This document shows, one piece after another, positions 60,225 to 64,000 of a DNA stretch of 64,000 nucleotides. This DNA is from an uncultured Acidobacteriota bacterium (GTDB lineage Bacteria; Actinomycetota; Acidimicrobiia; Spongiisociales; ZC4RG35), in the NCBI GenBank assembly GCA_963828465.1, contig CAWHEU010000004.1, forward strand, positions 64,001 to 128,000, written 5' to 3'. Position numbers and translations under genes: made by a program. Under the pieces are notes generated by a model. That model did no database searches, was not told where the DNA came from, and saw only the letters and a list, made by a program, of their open reading frames with translations. The number at the start of each line of letters is the position of its first letter. Within the stretch, counting starts at the first letter, position 1.

Positions 60225-61408
60225 AAGAGGTCCGGGGTGGCGTCGGTCCAGGCGCCGCCGGTGCGGTTCGACTCGATGACTGCCTCGACGAAGCGGAGCC
60301 CGATCGCACCATCGACGGCGTTGGGGAAATACATGGCGAGAGGGTCGGGGTCGATCCCGCTACGTCGGGCTGCGATCGCCTCGGCGGCGTCGGAATAGAT
60401 GTTGGCGAACGCCTCCAGGAATGCCTCGGGATGCCCGGCCACGATCCGGGTGGAGCGGGCGGCCAAGGGCAGGGTCCCCGGCCCGTTTGGGGTTCGCCAC
60501 TCCGCCGGGCCGCCAAGCGGGGTGAAGAGAAGACGCATCGGTTGCTCCTGATGCCATTCCAGACTTCCACGCGTGCCGGAGACCCGGATCCGAAGTGCGT
60601 TCTCGACTCCTGCCGCCGCTTGCGTGACCCAAAACGATCCTCGGGCGCCATTGTCGAAGCGGAGCAGGGCCCCGGCGTAGTCATCGACCAGACGCCCGGG
60701 GACGATGGCGCCGACGTCGGCAGCCACCTCGGCAACCTCCAGGCCCGTGATGAACCGGGCCAGATTGTGGGCATGAGTGCCGATGTCTCCCATCACCAGC
60801 GACGGGCCACCTCGCACCGGGTCGTACCGCCACGGAAGCCCGTCACCAGGGTCGGGGTCGTTCTCATCGGCTTTGCCACCCTGGACGTACTCCACCTGCA
60901 CCAACCTGATCTCCCCAAGCTGGCCGTCCTCGACCATCGCCTTCGCCTGACGGACCAAGGAATAACCCGTGTAGTTGTGGGTGAGGCAGAAGACGAGACC
61001 GGTCTGGTCCACCCGCTTCACCAGGTCGAGAGCCTCGTCCAGCGTGTTGGTTATCGGCTTGTCGCAGATCACGTCGAAGCCATGCTCGAGAGCCGCCGCT
61101 GCATATTCGTGATGGCTGTCGTTGGGAGTCATGATCGAGATCACATCTGCGCCGTCCGGCCGCGATGCCTCGGTCTCGATGAGATCGATGGCCGAGCCAT
61201 AGACGCGGTCTGCCGCCAGGCCGAGGCCAATGCCGGCAGCCCGGGAACGATCCGGGTCCGCAGATAGAGCGCTCGCCACCAGCTCGTAGCGGTCATCGAG
61301 GCGCGCTGCCGACCGATGCATATCCCCGATGAAGCTCCCCGGCCCGCCTCCTATGACCGCGAGACGCAGCCTGCGTCCCAGCATCTTGATCACCGGGTTG
61401 TCAGCCAT
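60221..61408 (-). CDS. Gfo/Idh/MocA oxidoreductase
   Basis: GGGPGSFIG, TPN, ICDKP, THNYTGY, DIGTH, AGHPEAF. Confidence 0.92.
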   Translation of the reverse strand: MADNPVIKMLGRRLRLAVIGGGPGSFIGDMHRSAARLDDRYELVASALSADPDRSRAAGIGLGLAADRVYGSAIDLIETEASRPDGADVISIMTPNDSHHEYAAAALEHGFDVICDKPITNTLDEALDLVKRVDQTGLVFCLTHNYTGYSLVRQAKAMVEDGQLGEIRLVQVEYVQGGKADENDPDPGDGLPWRYDPVRGGPSLVMGDIGTHAHNLARFITGLEVAEVAADVGAIVPGRLVDDYAGALLRFDNGARGSFWVTQAAAGVENALRIRVSGTRGSLEWHQEQPMRLLFTPLGGPAEWRTPNGPGTLPLAARSTRIVAGHPEAFLEAFANIYSDAAEAIAARRSGIDPDPLAMYFPNAVDGAIGLRFVEAVIESNRTGGAWTDATPDLF

Positions 61409-62948
61409 CCTCCACCTCGTCCACGATCAGCCATCTGTCCCCTACTGCCGGGATGAGCACGAATGTCTTGGAAAAGGGCTCGCTGACCCGGCCCTGCTCG
61501 GCGCCGGCGGCATCGTAGGTGACGGTCTCGACCGTTCCCGCTGCCACCAGCCCGAGGCTGGCCGCGTTCTGTGTCTCGTCGGTGGGCGCGACGTCGACGT
61601 GCAGCGAGTCGAAGGTGTAGGTGGGAACCACATACAGGCCACTGGTCGCTGCCTGCTCGACCAGCCGTTCCATTTCGATGAGCCGGTCGGCGTCATCGGC
61701 CGATCGCAACAGCGACGTGTCGGCGCGACGAATCGCCTCCCCCTCTACCGCAAGCGCCTGGGCGAGACCCAGGGCGAGAGCGCCTGGATCGAATTCGTCG
61801 CTCAGAGCTGCGGCGTCGGCACTGACAGTGACCTCGGGGAGCTGTGTCGGGTCGATCTCGATGTCGGGCAGCGGAGCCGCGACCGTGGCTGCCTCCGCCG
61901 TCTCTCGCGCCGGCGCCCCGGCGATGACAATGGCCAGAGGGATCACAACAAGGAGGGCGCCAACGACCGCGCCCGGAACGAAGGCACGCGCAGGTCGGGT
62001 CTGCGAGGACGTCGCCAGCGATTCGATCCTCTCCGACTTGAAGACACGGTCGAGGAGGAAGCGGAGGGGTGTCATGACGACGAGGCCGGCAAGCAGTCCG
62101 ACCTTGGCCCCGAACTCCGTCGTCTGAGGTGCCATCAGCAGCGTACAAATCACACCGAGGCAAACGGCGAACGCGATCCTCGCCGCCCGTCCCTCCGGGA
62201 TGGTCTTGGGGTCTGTGATCATGAAGAAGAGGAAGACGAGCACCTCTGGTGAGGCGACGATCACCGACCAGAAGTGGGTCCCACACACTGGCTCGAGGGC
62301 CCATGCCGCGGTCATGCAATGTCCCGAGGCAGCAAGGACTCCCAGACCAACGGCGAGTGTCAGCCAGAAAATGGCGGCGAGGGTGAGAAGTCGGAGCCGG
62401 GAGGTGATCAGTACGCCGCCGACCAGGATGACCGCGTAGGCGGTGAGCATCCAGAAGTCGAGCGGCGCCCACCAAAAGTCGAGCGGCTCGATCACCGCGC
62501 TGCCCAGCACCAGGAATGCTGCGACGAGCCCGACGTTGGATGGGTTGAAGACGTGGGTCCCTCGATATCGGATCCAGTACTTCGTGAGCAGTGACAGCGC
62601 GGCGATCCCGGCAAACAGATACCAGCCCTCCCAGGTCCAGTGATCCCCTCGTTCCTGGCCGACGATCCGGAGGATCAGGGCGACGCCGCTCCCGGTGAGC
62701 ATGGCGCTGGCCGGCCAGACCACCTGCTTGGTCTTGCGAAACGTCAGCGTGACCTCGAGAAGGGCGCATGTGACGATTGCAGCGAGGATCTGGGGCACCG
62801 AGACCCGAAAATCGAGGGCCACCTGACCCAGTACGTGGATCGTGATGATCACACCTGCGAGATGCAGGCGCGGATCGCGCCAGCTCGGCAGCACCAACGG
62901 ATAGTCGGTGGCACCCAGGCGAACCGTCCGCGCGCTGGTCGTGGTCAC
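61401..62948 (-). CDS. RnfD/NqrB-like (UnbU-like) membrane protein with extracytoplasmic C-terminal domain
   Basis: DPRLH, HVFNPSNVG, FFMITDPKT; about 11 TM segments; start re-set to GTG 62948. Confidence 0.75.
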   Translation of the reverse strand: MTTTSARTVRLGATDYPLVLPSWRDPRLHLAGVIITIHVLGQVALDFRVSVPQILAAIVTCALLEVTLTFRKTKQVVWPASAMLTGSGVALILRIVGQERGDHWTWEGWYLFAGIAALSLLTKYWIRYRGTHVFNPSNVGLVAAFLVLGSAVIEPLDFWWAPLDFWMLTAYAVILVGGVLITSRLRLLTLAAIFWLTLAVGLGVLAASGHCMTAAWALEPVCGTHFWSVIVASPEVLVFLFFMITDPKTIPEGRAARIAFAVCLGVICTLLMAPQTTEFGAKVGLLAGLVVMTPLRFLLDRVFKSERIESLATSSQTRPARAFVPGAVVGALLVVIPLAIVIAGAPARETAEAATVAAPLPDIEIDPTQLPEVTVSADAAALSDEFDPGALALGLAQALAVEGEAIRRADTSLLRSADDADRLIEMERLVEQAATSGLYVVPTYTFDSLHVDVAPTDETQNAASLGLVAAGTVETVTYDAAGAEQGRVSEPFSKTFVLIPAVGDRWLIVDEVEDG

Positions 62949-62979
62949 GTCGGGAAGGCTGCCACAACCGGCGGGGCTA

Positions 62980-63190
62980 GGTTGCACTGGGGCGGGGCTG
63001 GTCCAGACCGACGACGGTTCGACAGTGCGCATCTCGACCGGCGACGTCGTGCACGCGCCCCTGGAGAACGCCATTGGCATGGGGCCGGTCCGGACTCGCC
63101 GATGATGCATCTCTCCCTCACCACGGGAGGGCCCGCGGCCTGGGAGGGGAAGGTCAGTGACGAGGAGTACGGGGGCCCCAGATTTCTTAG
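62980..63190 (+). pseudogene. Cupin C-terminal fragment
   Basis: GAGLVQ..ISTGDVVHAP / GERHWHGAGPDSPMMHLSL..VSDEEY across a frameshift; no N-terminal half or start. Confidence 0.7.
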
Positions 63191-63215
63191 ATTTCTGCTG
63201 CGATTCTCTTGAATT

Positions 63216-63237
63216 TGTCGCTGGGAATTGGTAGCGT
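63216..63237 (+). promoter_or_regulatory. PafBC/RecA-NDp-like promoter
   Basis: TGTCGC-tgggaattgg-TA-gcg-T, one mismatch to the consensus. Confidence 0.65.
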
Positions 63238-63238
63238 A

Positions 63239-63254
63239 TCGAACATATGTTCGA
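63239..63254 (+). promoter_or_regulatory. LexA (SOS) box overlapping the start codon
   Basis: Perfect palindrome TCGAAC-atat-GTTCGA. Confidence 0.88.
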
Positions 63255-64000
63255 TGTTGTTGAGACTTCGAACTTCCCCACCGAACCGCCTCTCGAGCTG
63301 ATCGCTCCCCAGGACCTGGTCGACGAGTTGGCGTCGGCATTTCGTGTTCGGGAGCAGGTGGATGCCCGGATCGCCCGACTTCTCCGTCAGGTCAACTTGT
63401 CGAAAGCGTTCGGGCGTGACGGTTACTCGTCTCTCACCCAACTCCTCAAATATCGCATGTCGCTTCATCCTGGGGAGGCTCAGCGGTTGGTGGCCCGGGC
63501 CAATGGTCTGGCCGAATCACCGATGGTTGCTCTCGCCTTCGATCAGGGTTTGATTTCGAGTTCTCAAGTTGATGTGCTGATGGAGGCAAGATGTCGGGCG
63601 CCCGAGCCGTTCACCAGGGACGAGGCCACCCTGGTTTCCGCTGCCCTGGGCACTCCTCTGATTCGAGAGTTGAGGAAACGTGTCGATTACTGGCTGGACC
63701 GAGTGGCCCGAGAGGACCTGGCCGATGAACGCCAACTAGTCCGGGACCTCCAGTCGCTGAGTCTCCGCCGGGAGGGGGAGATGATGCGAATCAACGGCTG
63801 GGTCGACATCGAAACCGGAGAGGAGATGAGAGCCCGACTCGATCCCGGGCCGCCCGCTCCTGGCGATGACAGATCCGCTCCGGCCCGGCGCGCCGCCGTT
63901 CTTGTCGACATCGTCAACGGAGCCGGCGACCGACCCGGCCTCATCGTCCATGTCTCCGCCGAAACCCTGCTCGAACACAAACCAGGACTTTCCGAAACCG
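63247..64000 (+). CDS. DUF222 domain protein (3' end outside window)
   Basis: Manual translation MFDVVETSN..RDGYSS..GLISSSQVDVL..RINGWVD..DDRSAPARRAAVLVDI..LIVHVSAETL, open to the window end. Confidence 0.8.
   Translation, partial: MFDVVETSNFPTEPPLELIAPQDLVDELASAFRVREQVDARIARLLRQVNLSKAFGRDGYSSLTQLLKYRMSLHPGEAQRLVARANGLAESPMVALAFDQGLISSSQVDVLMEARCRAPEPFTRDEATLVSAALGTPLIRELRKRVDYWLDRVAREDLADERQLVRDLQSLSLRREGEMMRINGWVDIETGEEMRARLDPGPPAPGDDRSAPARRAAVLVDIVNGAGDRPGLIVHVSAETLLEHKPGLSET

Noticed and set aside
57191-62948. Enediyne biosynthetic cluster or Rnf/Nqr respiratory complex
   Set aside because: No PKS, thioesterase, UnbL-like or other rnf/nqr subunit genes in the window.
1-64000. CRISPR arrays, tRNA/rRNA genes, integrases, transposases, prophage
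   Set aside because: None recognised by eye; the only long repeat is the SLH cassette.

Overview
High-GC actinobacterial chromosomal segment, most consistent with Acidimicrobiia (Cys-paired SLH-type surface proteins, F420-dependent enzymes, DUF222-HNH genes, many apparently leaderless starts). Contents in order: a partial sensor histidine kinase; a DUF222-HNH gene; a methionine/threonine block (MTHFR-like gene and metH under a compact SAM-I riboswitch, and an ACT-less hom behind a Thr/Met-rich leader peptide attenuator); a LacI-controlled beta-glycoside uptake cluster (GH1, GH5-like, ABC); aroK, gltB and F420 enzymes; tandem SLH-type proteins sharing a ~99% identical 600-bp cassette; a GT4 pair; clpB; an ECF sigma cluster with an AlkZ-like glycosylase; a xylose locus (xylA, xylB, two ABC systems, ROK regulator); a cluster with ASPIC/UnbV-like and UnbU/RnfD-like genes plus an M24-like enzyme and two Gfo/Idh/MocA oxidoreductases; and a second DUF222 gene cut by the window end. 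Five otherwise intact genes carry single-base frameshifts, probably long-read assembly errors. Best candidates for new biology: the Thr/Met leader attenuator of hom, the PKS-free UnbV/UnbU-like module in a sugar catabolic locus, the identical PafBC-like plus LexA-box promoter architecture of two divergent DUF222 genes, the modular SLH cassette, and a palindromic -10 shared by two divergent leaderless genes. All assignments come from reading motifs by eye; no database searches were run.
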